Shown one piece after another: positions 32,718 to 44,079 of a DNA stretch of 64,000 bases. Position 1 is the stretch's first letter, and every line of letters starts with the position of its first letter. The stretch comes from Chloropicon primus (taxonomy: Eukaryota). Location: positions 124,001 to 188,000 of the forward strand of contig CP060765.1 of assembly GCA_023205875.1 (NCBI GenBank), in the 5' to 3' direction. A model generated the notes under the pieces. It did no database searches. It saw only the letters and a list, made by a program, of their open reading frames with translations, and was not told where the DNA came from. A program made the position numbers and the translations under genes.

Positions 32718-34823
32718 ATGACCGACGCCAAGGACATTACCGTGATTGGGTTTGACGGTGTGGAAGGAGGAAGCAGCAGGAAGGGGAAGGCGAGGAGTGA
32801 TGATGGATTGGAGACCACGGCGTATGGAAGCTTCAGCGTGTCTTACAGGCCAGAGCCTTACAAGGAGACAAAAAATAGCCTCTTCTCGGAGGTGATAAGG
32901 ACAGGGGAAGGAGGACCTCTGGACTGGTCGAGCCTGAGCGCTGGAGAGAAAGCTCGTTTCGTGTTCCAAGAGTGGGTGCTCAAGTTCTTTCCATGCAAAC
33001 CGTTCAAGACAATGACGGATGCTTACGCGCACCAGGACAAGAGCTTCACAACAACCTTCAAGATGGACGTCATAGCAGGAATCACTGTGGGCATCATGGT
33101 CATTCCCCAGTCCATGGCGTATGCTATGATTGCAGGGCTCCCCGGAGAGTATGGGTTGTACTCTTCGTTCGTTCCCTTGATCACCTACGCCGCGACAGGA
33201 AGCTCCAGGCAGCTTGCAGTTGGCCCAGTGGCCATCATCTCTCTCCTCACTAAGGCATCGTTGTCGTACGTGGACAAGGACTCTCCTGAGTACACCTCGA
33301 CTTATATTGCTGCAGCAATAACCTTGGCATTCTTTTCTGGGCTCACGCAGATGGTTCTAGGCTGCCTCCGCTTGGGCTTCGTGGTCAACTTGATGAGCCA
33401 CTGCGTGATCTCTGGCTTCACTTCGGCGGCGGCTGTTCTGATAGGGATGTCGCAGCTCAAGCACGTGTTCGGCTTCAAGATCGAGCACACAGAAACGATC
33501 CAGGGAACGGTGAAGGACATCGTCAAGGGGATCGACAAAGGTCTGTTCAAAGTGGAGGCCTTTGTCATGAGCATTATTCTCCTCGGAAGTCTCACGGTGA
33601 TGAAGAAGCTGAGCAGGAGGTACAAGAAGCTCAAGATACTTCGAGCGTTGGCTCCGTTGATCGTAACGGTCTTCACGATTGCCCTGGTATACGTCACAAG
33701 GATTGACAAGTCCATGGACATCGATGTCGTGGGAACGATCCCAGAGGGCATGCCGCCCCTGTCGACAGAAAAGATCGACTTTAGTCAGGCAGGAACCCTT
33801 TTTCCAAAGTCGATCACGATAGGTTTGCTTGGTTTCGTGGAATCGATTGCGATCGCGGAATCCATCGCGACGAAGAATGGCTATGAGTTGAGTGTGAACC
33901 AGGAGCTCTTCGGGGTGGGCCTTGCAAATATGGTCGGGTCGTGCTTCTCCTCCTACGCGGTAACGGGCTCTTTCTCGCGCTCGGCCGTGAACAATGATTC
34001 CGGGGCCAAGAGCACTATCGCCTCGGTGGTCACTGCCACGATGGTCTTGCTTGCCTTGCTTCTGCTCTCGGGCCCGCTGTACTTTTTGCCAAAGTGCACC
34101 CTCGCAGCGATTGTGATCAGCTCCGTGATCAACCTCTTCGATGTGGAGGAGATGAAGTTCCTGTACAAGACGCACGGCAGAGACTTGTTCTTGTGGTTCG
34201 CGGCCCTAGTTGGAACGCTCGTGCTTGGGGTGGAACTCGGAATAGCGGTGTCCGTGGCAGCCTCGTTAGCTGTGATCATCTATGAAATCGCCCAGCCTCA
34301 CACGGCTGTGCTTGGCCAGATTCCAGGCACGTTCGTTTACAGGAGCATCCGCCAATACCCCGAAGCCAGAGTCCATGACCACATCAACATTCTCAGGATC
34401 GACGCCCCGCTCTACTTCCCAAACGTCGCGTTTGTGAAGGACAAGGTCAGGAGGGTGTGCCTTGGGGTTTCGGACAACGTTGAGGTGATGCCTGAGGAGA
34501 AGAGGCTCAATCCTCCCAAGTTCGTGATCATCGAGATGGGCCCCGTTCTCAACTGTGACTCGAGCGGAGCCCACGCCTTGAAGAACATCGTTGAGGGTTG
34601 CAAGAAGAACGATGTGCAGATCTGCCTCTCCAACCCAAACGGGAACGTCTTGAGGGTTCTCGAGAAGGCGGGGGTGATCAATGCGATGGGAAGGGATTGG
34701 CTTTTCCTCCGGGTTCACGAAGCCGTCCAAGCCTGCCTCCTGTCCATGGTCGAAGACGACCAGGACACCGGAGATGGCGAAGAGAAGCTCATGCGCAGGA
34801 AAATGTCCAAGGACATCGTCTAA
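32718..34823 (+). CDS. SULTR: SulP/SLC26 sulfate transporter with STAS domain
   Basis: DVIAGITVGIMVIPQSMAYA, GSSRQLAVGPVA, NQELFGVG and GSFSRSAVN, with STAS LRIDAPLYFPN...DSSG. Confidence 0.93.
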   Translation: MTDAKDITVIGFDGVEGGSSRKGKARSDDGLETTAYGSFSVSYRPEPYKETKNSLFSEVIRTGEGGPLDWSSLSAGEKARFVFQEWVLKFFPCKPFKTMTDAYAHQDKSFTTTFKMDVIAGITVGIMVIPQSMAYAMIAGLPGEYGLYSSFVPLITYAATGSSRQLAVGPVAIISLLTKASLSYVDKDSPEYTSTYIAAAITLAFFSGLTQMVLGCLRLGFVVNLMSHCVISGFTSAAAVLIGMSQLKHVFGFKIEHTETIQGTVKDIVKGIDKGLFKVEAFVMSIILLGSLTVMKKLSRRYKKLKILRALAPLIVTVFTIALVYVTRIDKSMDIDVVGTIPEGMPPLSTEKIDFSQAGTLFPKSITIGLLGFVESIAIAESIATKNGYELSVNQELFGVGLANMVGSCFSSYAVTGSFSRSAVNNDSGAKSTIASVVTATMVLLALLLLSGPLYFLPKCTLAAIVISSVINLFDVEEMKFLYKTHGRDLFLWFAALVGTLVLGVELGIAVSVAASLAVIIYEIAQPHTAVLGQIPGTFVYRSIRQYPEARVHDHINILRIDAPLYFPNVAFVKDKVRRVCLGVSDNVEVMPEEKRLNPPKFVIIEMGPVLNCDSSGAHALKNIVEGCKKNDVQICLSNPNGNVLRVLEKAGVINAMGRDWLFLRVHEAVQACLLSMVEDDQDTGDGEEKLMRRKMSKDIV

Positions 34824-34933
34824 ATGTCGCGAGAGAAAGAAAGCCTTTGTTTGAAATAAAATCACCCACTACTAAAGTACACATAGTTGTTTCACACATG
34901 GGGGGGGGACGAGGTTGATCAATCTCTATCTCT

Positions 34934-36101
34934 TCAGAAGTCGTCCTCGTCGTCATCAACGTCGCCGTCGCCGTCACCACCGTTGGCGGTACTAGTGTCG
35001 CCAGAGCTTCCATCGCCACTCTCGTCCTCGTCCTTCTTCAGCAAATCTTTCAAGTCCTCAAGTGCCTTGTCAAGAGCTGCATCGGTGTCTTCGCCGTTCG
35101 CGCTTATCGACTCCTTCAGGACAGCGAGCTCCTCGCTCTCCAGCTGCTCCTTCACCTCGAGCTCTGTTATCTGAAGTTGCAAGGCCTGGTAACTGCCCTT
35201 CAGCTCCTCTACTCGCTTCTCCAAGTGAGCAATCTTAGCATTCTTTCCTCTCATTTCCTTCTCGAGCAAACGCTTTTCCTCAGCCAGAGCAGCTTTCTCC
35301 TTGGCATCGTTGCCGTGCTCCTTTGTCTCGTCACTGAGGTCGCTCTGCAGCCCTTCCAGCACCTCGATCTTTTTCTTCAGCTCACCGGCAAGGCCCTTGT
35401 TCTGATTGTCGAGTTGCTTGATTTTGATGTTCTCCTCCCCAAGCATCCGGCTCGCCTTCTCCAGCTGCATGTTTGCAAAACTGACTTGGTTGTACGCCTG
35501 CACAACCATCATGCACGAGGAGCAAAGACAGTGATGATGATGTCCAGGAGTGTCAGATGATGAACGTAAAGAGCCAATGGGGTGAGAGCAACAAGTGCGG
35601 GGTTTCAGATTTCACAGGGCGCCTACCTCCCGAAGTTCCTTCTCGAGGATCTCTATGCGGTTCTCAAGCTCCGTCACCTGGACGCCCTTCACGCGATACT
35701 CCTCTTGGTATATCTCGATCTTCTTTTGGAAGATCTGCTGCTCGTAGGTGTACATGGCCTGATGCAGGGACAAGACGAGGCGGGGACAATCACGGTCGTC
35801 AGCGAAAGCACCGAGGCGTGTTTGAGAGAGAGAGGCTTGGTTCTTTCGTCCCGCTGATTGAATCCTTCGTTCCACACACCCCACTTACCTGCTTAACGTC
35901 CTCCTGCCTCAGATTCGTCACGTAGCCCGACAGGCTGACGAGCATGAACGAGAAGATAAGTATGGCTACGCTGGCCACAAGAACCCACCGGTCTTGGCTT
36001 ATGAAGACCCTCTTGGTGGTGGCAACTTTCTCTTTCACCTTCTTGGCCTTCTTCGGCCCCAACAACGAAACCATGTCCCCGTTATGATCCTTGTCGCTCA
36101 T
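34934..36101 (-). CDS. Uncharacterised single-pass (type II-like) coiled-coil protein with an acidic tail
   Basis: Exons 36101-35889, 35758-35627 and 35497-34934 are joined by two phase-0 GT-AG introns. TM segment WVLVASVAILIFSFMLVSL is followed by heptad-rich sequence. Confidence 0.7.
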
Positions 36102-36440
36102 CGTGCCAGGATCGTCGAGGTAACCTGCACACAAACTAAAGTTTCAAGGCTGCCGAGCAAAGCCAAAGAGAGTTGCTAGATGGATGAAAGCATACGACGC
36201 GTATGAGTCATACAAAAACAAAAATTGTGTTCAGGGTCCAATCCTTCCACAAAGCTTCAATCTTTTCGTCCAAGGAAGGGATATTTGGAAAGAGGAAGAG
36301 ATTGATCACCGAAATCTGTCCTCCTCACGCACTTGTGCCTTCGTTCTCGTCGTCTAATGCTCGTCCGAACCTACCTTTGATCGTCCCCCCCCCAGCGCAG
36401 CGCCCACCTTCGATTTCATTTCATTTGATGATCCATCGGG

Positions 36441-36483
36441 TAGGTTTTAGGTTTTAGGTTTTAGGTTTTAGGTTTTAGGTTTT
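36441..36483 (+). repeat. Interstitial telomere-like (TTTTAGG)n tract
   Basis: TAGG + 5 x TTTTAGG + TTTT, a perfect 7-bp period. Confidence 0.9.
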
Positions 36484-37025
36484 CTCGATCCAAATTCAGA
36501 ATCCATTCAGAGTCTCAAGTGTGTGGGTCCAAGAGGGAGCAAAGGCGCGACCTTTGGGCGGAGTCAGAGCAAGGTAGACCGCGGCAGAAGCAAAGTAGGG
36601 CGACACATTGAGGTAGAGGAACTCGCGAGCTTTCCGCACATACCTCACTTGCAGCATTTGGCCTCAGGGTGAGAGAGTACGGCGTCAGGAGGTGGCTGTG
36701 GCAAGAGGCAGCAGAGAGGGTTGGGAAGGTGCAGAGCAGTTAGGCAAGGCACACAGTGTGCGTGTGTTCGTCCGAGCGTCTGTTTGACGTCATCGAACAC
36801 GATTTCACATCCTGGGACAAGGCTGTACCGAGGCAGACACCCCAGACGCTTGGCTTGGCCAGTATGAAACAGGACACCTGAAGGATTGGGACAAAGCAGG
36901 CGTCTTTGGAAAGTAGACAAGGATCGCGAGCAGTCACGTACAACTGGTTCGAGCTGAGAACCTCGTGCGTTCCGTCTGAGGCTTTGACGGCAACAAGGGG
37001 GAGAGAGGAAGCGCGGACCACAATA

Positions 37026-40000
37026 ATGTCAGACTTGGGCAGCGGCATAGACGTCCAAGACCTTGTGAATGGGCAAGGGGAGTGGACAAACATTCAGGAG
37101 GTCCTTCGAAGCGCTGTGGTGGACGTGATACGTGCAGTGTCGAGGGTGGATGAGAAGTTCGTGAAGGAGCTCGACAGGCATGGGAAAGATATGCACGAGG
37201 TCCGGAACCACTTGGCGCGTGGGGACAAGGCGCACGAGAAGGTGTTGAAGTCCCTCGCGGAGCGGATATCCACCTTCGAGGAGTCCTTGGATCACTACGC
37301 CAAGGCAAATGACATGGAGGAGGTCAAGGATCAGCTCTTGGTCTTCGTCCATGCCAAGACGAAGGAGCTGGCCTCCAACTCTGTCGTGAGCTTTGAGCAG
37401 TTCGCGGACCTGAAGAAGGTTTTGGAGGGTCTCCCGTCGAAGAGCGACTTCGAGAAGGTCATCTCCCACCTCAGGCAAGTGGAGTCGCGCAACAAGAAGA
37501 TCGGGACGGAGATGGCAGAGATACGAGAGGAGGTCGGTCGGCTGGGAGAGACCATCAAGGAGAAGCCTGACAAGCCTCACTACGATACATTGACCAAGCG
37601 CTTGTTGTTTTTGGACAGAAAGGTGAAAGCGTATAGCGACAAGAGCGACAAGCACGGGAGAAGGATCTATGACATCGAGGAGTCCCTGCTCCAGCTGCCA
37701 AGCAAGGAGACGATAGAAGAGCTGGGGGATCACATTGTTGGTTTGGTTCAGGCGGCGAGGTTGGACCTCGGGGAGCAGATCAGCCACGCCACGGGGAAGG
37801 TGAATGAGTTCGAGTCGCTGGTCAACACCAAGGCCACCAAGAGCGACATGGCGACCGAGATGTATGCGGTCACCAGGAAGGTGGAGGACCTCTCGGCCGG
37901 CATCGCAAACAAGGCAACAAAGAGTGACTTGGACCTTTTCGTGCGGGACCTCTCCGTCCTCGAGACGTCCACGATGGAGATGAAGGGAAAGAACCTGAGC
38001 ATCCTGAAGAACCTGGACGACCTTGCCAAGGAGGTGAGCACCCGGGCAAGGCCCCGTGACTTGGAGGACCTCGAGCACAGGATGTCAAGCGCGATCGACT
38101 CGAGGGCCGAGGAGATGTCCGTCTCCGTGCAGGATGAGATCACAAGTCTGAAGCAGATCCAGTCGGACTTGAACGAGGCTAAAGCGGACAAGCAGGACAT
38201 GAAGAAGGTGGCCAAGCAAATGGCGGGCATGAACACCCGTTTCAGGGACTGGCACGATCTGATCCGGCAGGCGAACACGAGAGCGACTGAGATCGAAGGG
38301 AAGTTGGCCGAGTTTACCACGAAGCAGGAGCATCAAGTGCTGCAAAAGAATTTGACTTCGAACACGACCAAGGTCAAATTGCTCGGGGACGATTACGGCA
38401 ACCTGAAGAAGAAGCTCGTTGGTCTGAAGGAGGAACTGGGGACCTTGCCTGCGAAAAAGGACCTGGACGACCTGGAGGAGGCCCTCAAGTCCAAAATAGC
38501 TGAAGAGGGGAAACGGATCGAGGGCGAAACATCAAGGGTCAGCGATTCCCTCGCGCACTTCATCGAAGAGAAGCTGCCCAAGGACTTCGCGTCAAAGGGA
38601 GACCTAGACGTCTCCAAGGAGTATGCAGTGAGAGAAGCGAGATCGATGTTCTTGTCCGCCAATGAAAGCGTTAGCGAGATTGAGAAGAAACTTGCCATAC
38701 TGAACAGCGAGATCGTGGACCAATTGACGCGCAAGGCGACATCGCAGAAGGTCGACCAAGTCGAGAAGAACCTCCTCTCCAAGATTGCCTCTGCGGGGCA
38801 GGAGAGCTCAGAACAGTTCAGGCAGGGCCAGCTTCGTATGGACAGAATCGAGTCCCACCTGGAGGGGAAGTCAGACAAGGTTGATCACGACATGTTCACC
38901 AGGGATCTCTCGTCCTTGGAGCAGAACAGCCACCTCTTCTCCCAGCAAGCGAGCAGCAGGCTGGAGTCTCTCGACTCCAAGGTGGTGTCCCTCGCAGAAT
39001 CACTGAACGACCAAGTTGAAGTCTCCAAGAAGCTGCACATGGACTTCCTGCAGAAGCCTGATCGGGACGACATCAAGCTGCTGATTCTCGCGGAAGTTAA
39101 TGCGAAGACGAAGGGGATCGAGCAGGACAATCATTCTCAGATGAGGAAGCTTGCCGAGCTCTCCACTCGATTGGACAGCCACCACGTCCTGGCGAGTGAA
39201 GCGCAGACTTCGTGGCAGGACGGACATGATATCCTTCGAGCAGAGGTGCTCAAGGTGTGCGAGGATGTCAACAACAAGCACAAGGAGGCCGTTCGCAGCC
39301 TGAAGGACGACACCGTGAAGACGATGGAGACGGTCCTTGAGGGCCTGCACAAGCACCAGAAGGAGAGCAACGAGCAGATGCTCGAGTTCGAGCAGCAGAT
39401 GCGTCATCGGTTTGAAGGAGCGAGCTCCAAGCTGAACGAGCAACACAACCTCGAGGTCGCCACCCGGATAGAGAACGAGACATCGATAGCGGAGAACATC
39501 CGGAAGCTTCAAGTCCACCTGCTTCAGCTCGACGAGGCGCACGGCGCCTTCCAGAACACGCTGAAGCATTCTGTACACATGGGCGGAGACATTCAGGACA
39601 AGTTCGAGTTCTTCGCCAAGCAAGTGAACACGAAGCTTGGGGAGATCACCAACACGAGGACAACCTTGGAGAGGGACGTTAACTCCCAGGTCATCGCACT
39701 GCAAAAGAAGTTCACTGAGGTCAGCCGTGACATCGTCGAGGCGGTCGACGGCAGACTCTCCAGGTGCGTGTCGAGGAGCGAGATGGACGAGGAACTGGAC
39801 AAGTTGAAGAAGGTCGTGAGCTTGAAATCGAAAATGGCTCTCAACTGGAACACCAACAACAACATCCAGTCGGAGCTCACGCGGAAGGGAAGGCAAAACA
39901 TGCCGAGGCCTGAGCCTCCGAAGCAAGAGGACATCATCATGATGGCGCCCCGTAATCCGAACGAGGACAAGGGCCAAAGAATCGTGGGGCTGGAGAACAA

Positions 40001-40268
40001 AGTCATGGAGCTGCCACACAAACCCCAGGCCTCAGTCTTGAGTGACAAGAATGAAATGGGTGGCTTGGTTCGCATGTGGGGTGACGACTACGCCCATCGA
40101 GTGAGGGACTCCCACAGGAAGTCTGAAGGCGACAGCGACGCAAGAAACAACAGCAGCGGGATTGTTTCCCTCTTGGACAAGTCAGCCCAGCGCATCCTGA
40201 GCATACGGACACAGGGAGCCTCGAAACGGCAGAACAAAAGCGAGGAAAAACTCGACCAAGTCCTGTAA
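37026..40268 (+). CDS. Uncharacterised ~1080-aa long coiled-coil protein with recurring KA(T/D)KxD motifs
   Basis: Uninterrupted ORF with heptad periodicity. Motifs KATKSD (x2), KADKQD, KSDKVD, KPDRDD, LPSKSD and FASKGD. Confidence 0.8.
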   Translation: MSDLGSGIDVQDLVNGQGEWTNIQEVLRSAVVDVIRAVSRVDEKFVKELDRHGKDMHEVRNHLARGDKAHEKVLKSLAERISTFEESLDHYAKANDMEEVKDQLLVFVHAKTKELASNSVVSFEQFADLKKVLEGLPSKSDFEKVISHLRQVESRNKKIGTEMAEIREEVGRLGETIKEKPDKPHYDTLTKRLLFLDRKVKAYSDKSDKHGRRIYDIEESLLQLPSKETIEELGDHIVGLVQAARLDLGEQISHATGKVNEFESLVNTKATKSDMATEMYAVTRKVEDLSAGIANKATKSDLDLFVRDLSVLETSTMEMKGKNLSILKNLDDLAKEVSTRARPRDLEDLEHRMSSAIDSRAEEMSVSVQDEITSLKQIQSDLNEAKADKQDMKKVAKQMAGMNTRFRDWHDLIRQANTRATEIEGKLAEFTTKQEHQVLQKNLTSNTTKVKLLGDDYGNLKKKLVGLKEELGTLPAKKDLDDLEEALKSKIAEEGKRIEGETSRVSDSLAHFIEEKLPKDFASKGDLDVSKEYAVREARSMFLSANESVSEIEKKLAILNSEIVDQLTRKATSQKVDQVEKNLLSKIASAGQESSEQFRQGQLRMDRIESHLEGKSDKVDHDMFTRDLSSLEQNSHLFSQQASSRLESLDSKVVSLAESLNDQVEVSKKLHMDFLQKPDRDDIKLLILAEVNAKTKGIEQDNHSQMRKLAELSTRLDSHHVLASEAQTSWQDGHDILRAEVLKVCEDVNNKHKEAVRSLKDDTVKTMETVLEGLHKHQKESNEQMLEFEQQMRHRFEGASSKLNEQHNLEVATRIENETSIAENIRKLQVHLLQLDEAHGAFQNTLKHSVHMGGDIQDKFEFFAKQVNTKLGEITNTRTTLERDVNSQVIALQKKFTEVSRDIVEAVDGRLSRCVSRSEMDEELDKLKKVVSLKSKMALNWNTNNNIQSELTRKGRQNMPRPEPPKQEDIIMMAPRNPNEDKGQRIVGLENKVMELPHKPQASVLSDKNEMGGLVRMWGDDYAHRVRDSHRKSEGDSDARNNSSGIVSLLDKSAQRILSIRTQGASKRQNKSEEKLDQVL

Positions 40269-40597
40269 ACCTGATAATAAATATCACCTGCTTGGTCATG
40301 GAATAATAAGTTAGCCGAGCGACCTTTGATTGGGTTCTTCTTTGGAAAGAGGATGAGCAAGACAAGGAGGAAGGCCAAGCGAGCAAGAAAGAGACCATCA
40401 CACCATCCCTTGCCTCCATCACCACCACCATCATCATCGTCGTCATCATCATCAGGAGAGTCAGTTACTCCTCTGCCTCTGCCCGTGTAATTTGAATGAG
40501 ACTCCAAAAGGAGAGGCCGCGAGAGGTCAGGCAAAGTGGAGTGAACTCGGTCGGCTCAGTGAGGGCTTCTGCTTCTGCAGCGTGAGAGTGAGGAAAG

Positions 40598-42321
40598 ATG
40601 GTGGAGGTTGACACCCCTTCCAAAGATCCAGAACCTTGCCAACCTTGCTTGAGTTGCTCCACAAAAAGTGACCAACTTTTGGAAAGAGATAAAGTGATAA
40701 GGAAGCTTAGAGAGTCCTTGGAAAGGGAAAGGAATGCTCGAGCACAAGCGGAGGCCAAGTACAAGAATGTTGCAGAGAAGGTGAGTGGCATGTTACATCA
40801 CAATGCATTGCATTGCATTGTTCGTTCATGACGGCGACGTGCATCCACGTCTGACTATTGTGTACCGGGCTTTGATAGAATGTTGGTGCAGAGAAGTTGG
40901 CAGCTGAAGCGAATGGCAAAGCAGTTGCTGCAGAGAAGAGAGTCCAGGACTTGGAGAAGAAGCTGGAAGCGACGGTGAAAGCGTGCCGCAGCGACAGGAG
41001 GAAAGCTATGGAGGAGCTTGAGGTGATCCAAGAGCGATGCAACCAAAGCCTTGAAGAGATGAAGGTGGACACTGCAAAGCAGTTGGAGTATGCCAAGAAG
41101 GAGTACGAGGATAACATCGAGAGCATAAGGAAGGAAGCGGAGGATAGGGTGAAAGAGATCGAAGAGAATGCGATTAATGATGCGAGGGGGACTGCTTTGG
41201 ACCATGTTCAGGAGGCGCAGGCTGAATCGGCGAAGGCTGAGGCCGAGGTGCAAGACCTTCGAAAGGAACTGGAGAAGGTCACCACGGAGCGGAGCGAGGT
41301 GGTGGACCAGCTGCGGCAGATCAATAAGAAGAACGAGCGTGAGAAGTACGTGCTGCACGAGAAGATTGAGTTCATGGAGCAGCAGTACCAGGAGAGGATG
41401 ACCCAGCAAGAGAGCGTGACGAGGACTGAGATGCAGGCCTTGCACGAGAGGCAGATCAAACAGGTGTTCAAGGAGCTGGAGTGGGAGAAGCAGAAGCTGA
41501 ACTTTTACAAGAAGAACGCGGAGAACGAGCTGCAGGACAATACTGAGCTCTTGCTGGAGATCGAGTCCATTCATGAGAGGTGCGCCGTGGAACAAGAGGA
41601 GATCTTTAACTCCATGAGCGAGTTCAAGAAGGAGATTCTGGAGAGGCAACAGCAAGTCGAGTTCGAGATGAGAGTTCTCCTTCGGGAAGAGATCTCGTTC
41701 TTGAGCAGCTTGCTGAGGCCAGCAAGCCCAGACGAGGACGCGCTAGTGAAGGCAAACGTTGTGCAGCTCCAAAAGAAGGTGCAGAAGTTGAAGGCGTCTT
41801 TCTCGTACTTGAAGTATAGATCGCTGATGGGGACGGAAGTCAAGAAGCAGCCCGCGAGTCCAGACGAGAACACGGAATCCTCGTTTGAGACCCCGATGAC
41901 CGGGGAGCAGGAGGTGGAGGACGCGCCAAGGACCCCAGGAACTCCTCGAAACGGCTTGATGAAAACGTCAGCAACCACGCCGGGCGAGGGAGCGTCCACA
42001 AAGGGTTCGAATCACGGGGCGTACACGAACAGTCCGTACCTGAAAGCATCTCAGAAGAAAGAAACTTTCGTTGTTTCCGATGCCAGGAGGTCACAAAGTG
42101 CTAGGCCGTCACGATACAATGTTGCAGACATCAGCACGCTGAAACCCTCCTCGGCATCCTTCACGCCCAACTTCAGCGACTTGAAGCCTCTGAAGAGCGT
42201 GAAGAATGTCAACATGGGAATGCTGGGGGGCTTGCAGAGGGGCAAGGCGGACTTCTTCAACCTGAAAGATTTCAAGACTCTTGAGAGGAAAAAGTCAGGC
42301 AGGTCGACCTTAGGATTTTAA
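40598..42321 (+). CDS. Uncharacterised coiled-coil protein with a TP/SP-rich tail
   Basis: Exons 40598-40780 and 40879-42321; intron 40781-40878 (GTGAGT..CTGAC..TAG) joins them in frame. Confidence 0.72.
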
Positions 42322-42444
42322 CAAGTTTGGAAGAGCAGAAAGCTGGAAAAAAAACTTCATTTTATGTAATTGTATGAATACATGATAACACCAAGCCAAA
42401 GATAGATATACGGTGATTCTTTGGCCCCCAGAAAAAAAATTAAA

Positions 42445-44079
42445 TTACGCCACAACCAGAAGCCTTTGCCCTTCCTCCACGCCAAGCTGCTGCAGGGTGT
42501 CCTCCGCGTGAAGCAGCTCTTCCGGCGCATCCTCCCTGTCGATGTAAATGCTTGCGCCAGAAACTTTGAAGAGCCTTTGGACGAGCACTTTGAACTTGTT
42601 CAGCATCAAATTCGATGGAAGCTTCTTCTTTATGGTGGTGACGGCCTCTTTGGTATCCAAGCTGGTGACCAAGGAGATTTCTACCGCCAGCAGAGTTTTC
42701 GCTATGGTTGTTCGGTCCCCGCTGCTGCCCGCGCCGCCTCCCTTCACCGTGTTCTTGTTTATATTCCTATACGAAGCCAAGAGCCTCTTGAACTGCGGGT
42801 GCGTGGCTTCGATATCCTTGATCTCCTTGCCGACGGACTCCGTTAATATTTCAGTGAGGTACCCAATCTCCGCATCGACCCTCTCTTTTGGCGTAATCAC
42901 GCTTCCGTTTAGCCTGGAGACCCTCGGAAGCCTCGCGATGACACCCAACCTCGAGGCGATCATGTCCAAGCCCTCCAGGAACTTGCAACTCGAAACGCGG
43001 ATCTCTTTCAAGCTCTCAAAGTGGTCAAAGGCATCGATGTCTTCCCAAGACTGCAGGACGTTCCCGCTCAGGAAAAGCGTTTCGAGCGCCACAAAGCCTG
43101 GCCTGTGAGCCTCGGAGTACTTGTCCACGTCCGTCAAAAGATTGCCGCTCATGTTCAATTTCTTCAGGCATGTCAGAGCGCTCAGCCTCTTGACTTCGGC
43201 CCAATCTGCAATGCGGTTGTCCTCGAGGTGAAGCACTTCGATCTTGCCCAAGCTAAGCTCAAGGTTGTCACAGCCCAAAGACACGATTCGGTTCCCGGCC
43301 AAGTGGAGCTCCTTGAGGCTCGGCATGCGCCCCGCGATACCCGCCACCGTGACCCACTCCGCGCAGCAGTTGTTCAGCACCAGCGCCGTCAAGTTTTGGA
43401 ATATGGCGCCCGCGGAGGAGAGTTCCGGCGCCGATGCTGCCCAGTTAATCTCGTTCCGGCTGATGTCGAGGAGCTCCAGCCTTGGGAGCTCCTGCGAGAG
43501 CTTCGCAACCTCAGACCAGCTGCTGAGCAGCGTGGAAGAGAGGTCCAGCTCGGATATCTTTGGAACCGATTCCGAGACCACACCCGTCGGTCCGATCCGG
43601 TTGAGGTCCGATCCATTGAGATACACCGCTTTGAGCTCCTCCAGCACGCTCTGCTGCCGAACGATCGAGTCTTGGCCCACCAGCGTCACGGGAAGCCGGT
43701 GGTTCGAACTGGTGTGGATGAACATATCACACTCAAGGTCTTCCGAGGAGACGCCGCCGCAGTATTTTTCCCTGATCGCCTCCACCAGCGTCACGCCCCT
43801 CTTCAGCCTCTTTTCCCTCACGAAGGAGGCCGACGCCGGGACCCACGTCTTCCTGCACGCGAAGTATTGCTTCCCCTCCACCTGGCCGTCATGCTTTCCC
43901 CTTTCCGCCTTGTCCCACTCGATGCCAAACCAAGTTCCCTTCTGCTCATCCACCTCGCCGATGTACCTCACCGTCGCCTTCTCCCACACCAGCTCCTTCC
44001 TTCCGTCCTCTTCCCTCACATCGCGACAGGACACCAACACTCGCTCCGACACCTCCACTCCCTTGTCCTCTTCCACCAT
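42445..44079 (-). CDS. TBCE: Tubulin-folding cofactor E (CAP-Gly + LRR + ubiquitin-like)
   Basis: ATVRYIG..GTWFGIEWD..RGKHDG (CAP-Gly), multiple LxxLxLxxN repeats, LNGS..ERVDAE and a C-terminal UBL. Confidence 0.92.
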   Translation of the reverse strand: MVEEDKGVEVSERVLVSCRDVREEDGRKELVWEKATVRYIGEVDEQKGTWFGIEWDKAERGKHDGQVEGKQYFACRKTWVPASASFVREKRLKRGVTLVEAIREKYCGGVSSEDLECDMFIHTSSNHRLPVTLVGQDSIVRQQSVLEELKAVYLNGSDLNRIGPTGVVSESVPKISELDLSSTLLSSWSEVAKLSQELPRLELLDISRNEINWAASAPELSSAGAIFQNLTALVLNNCCAEWVTVAGIAGRMPSLKELHLAGNRIVSLGCDNLELSLGKIEVLHLEDNRIADWAEVKRLSALTCLKKLNMSGNLLTDVDKYSEAHRPGFVALETLFLSGNVLQSWEDIDAFDHFESLKEIRVSSCKFLEGLDMIASRLGVIARLPRVSRLNGSVITPKERVDAEIGYLTEILTESVGKEIKDIEATHPQFKRLLASYRNINKNTVKGGGAGSSGDRTTIAKTLLAVEISLVTSLDTKEAVTTIKKKLPSNLMLNKFKVLVQRLFKVSGASIYIDREDAPEELLHAEDTLQQLGVEEGQRLLVVA

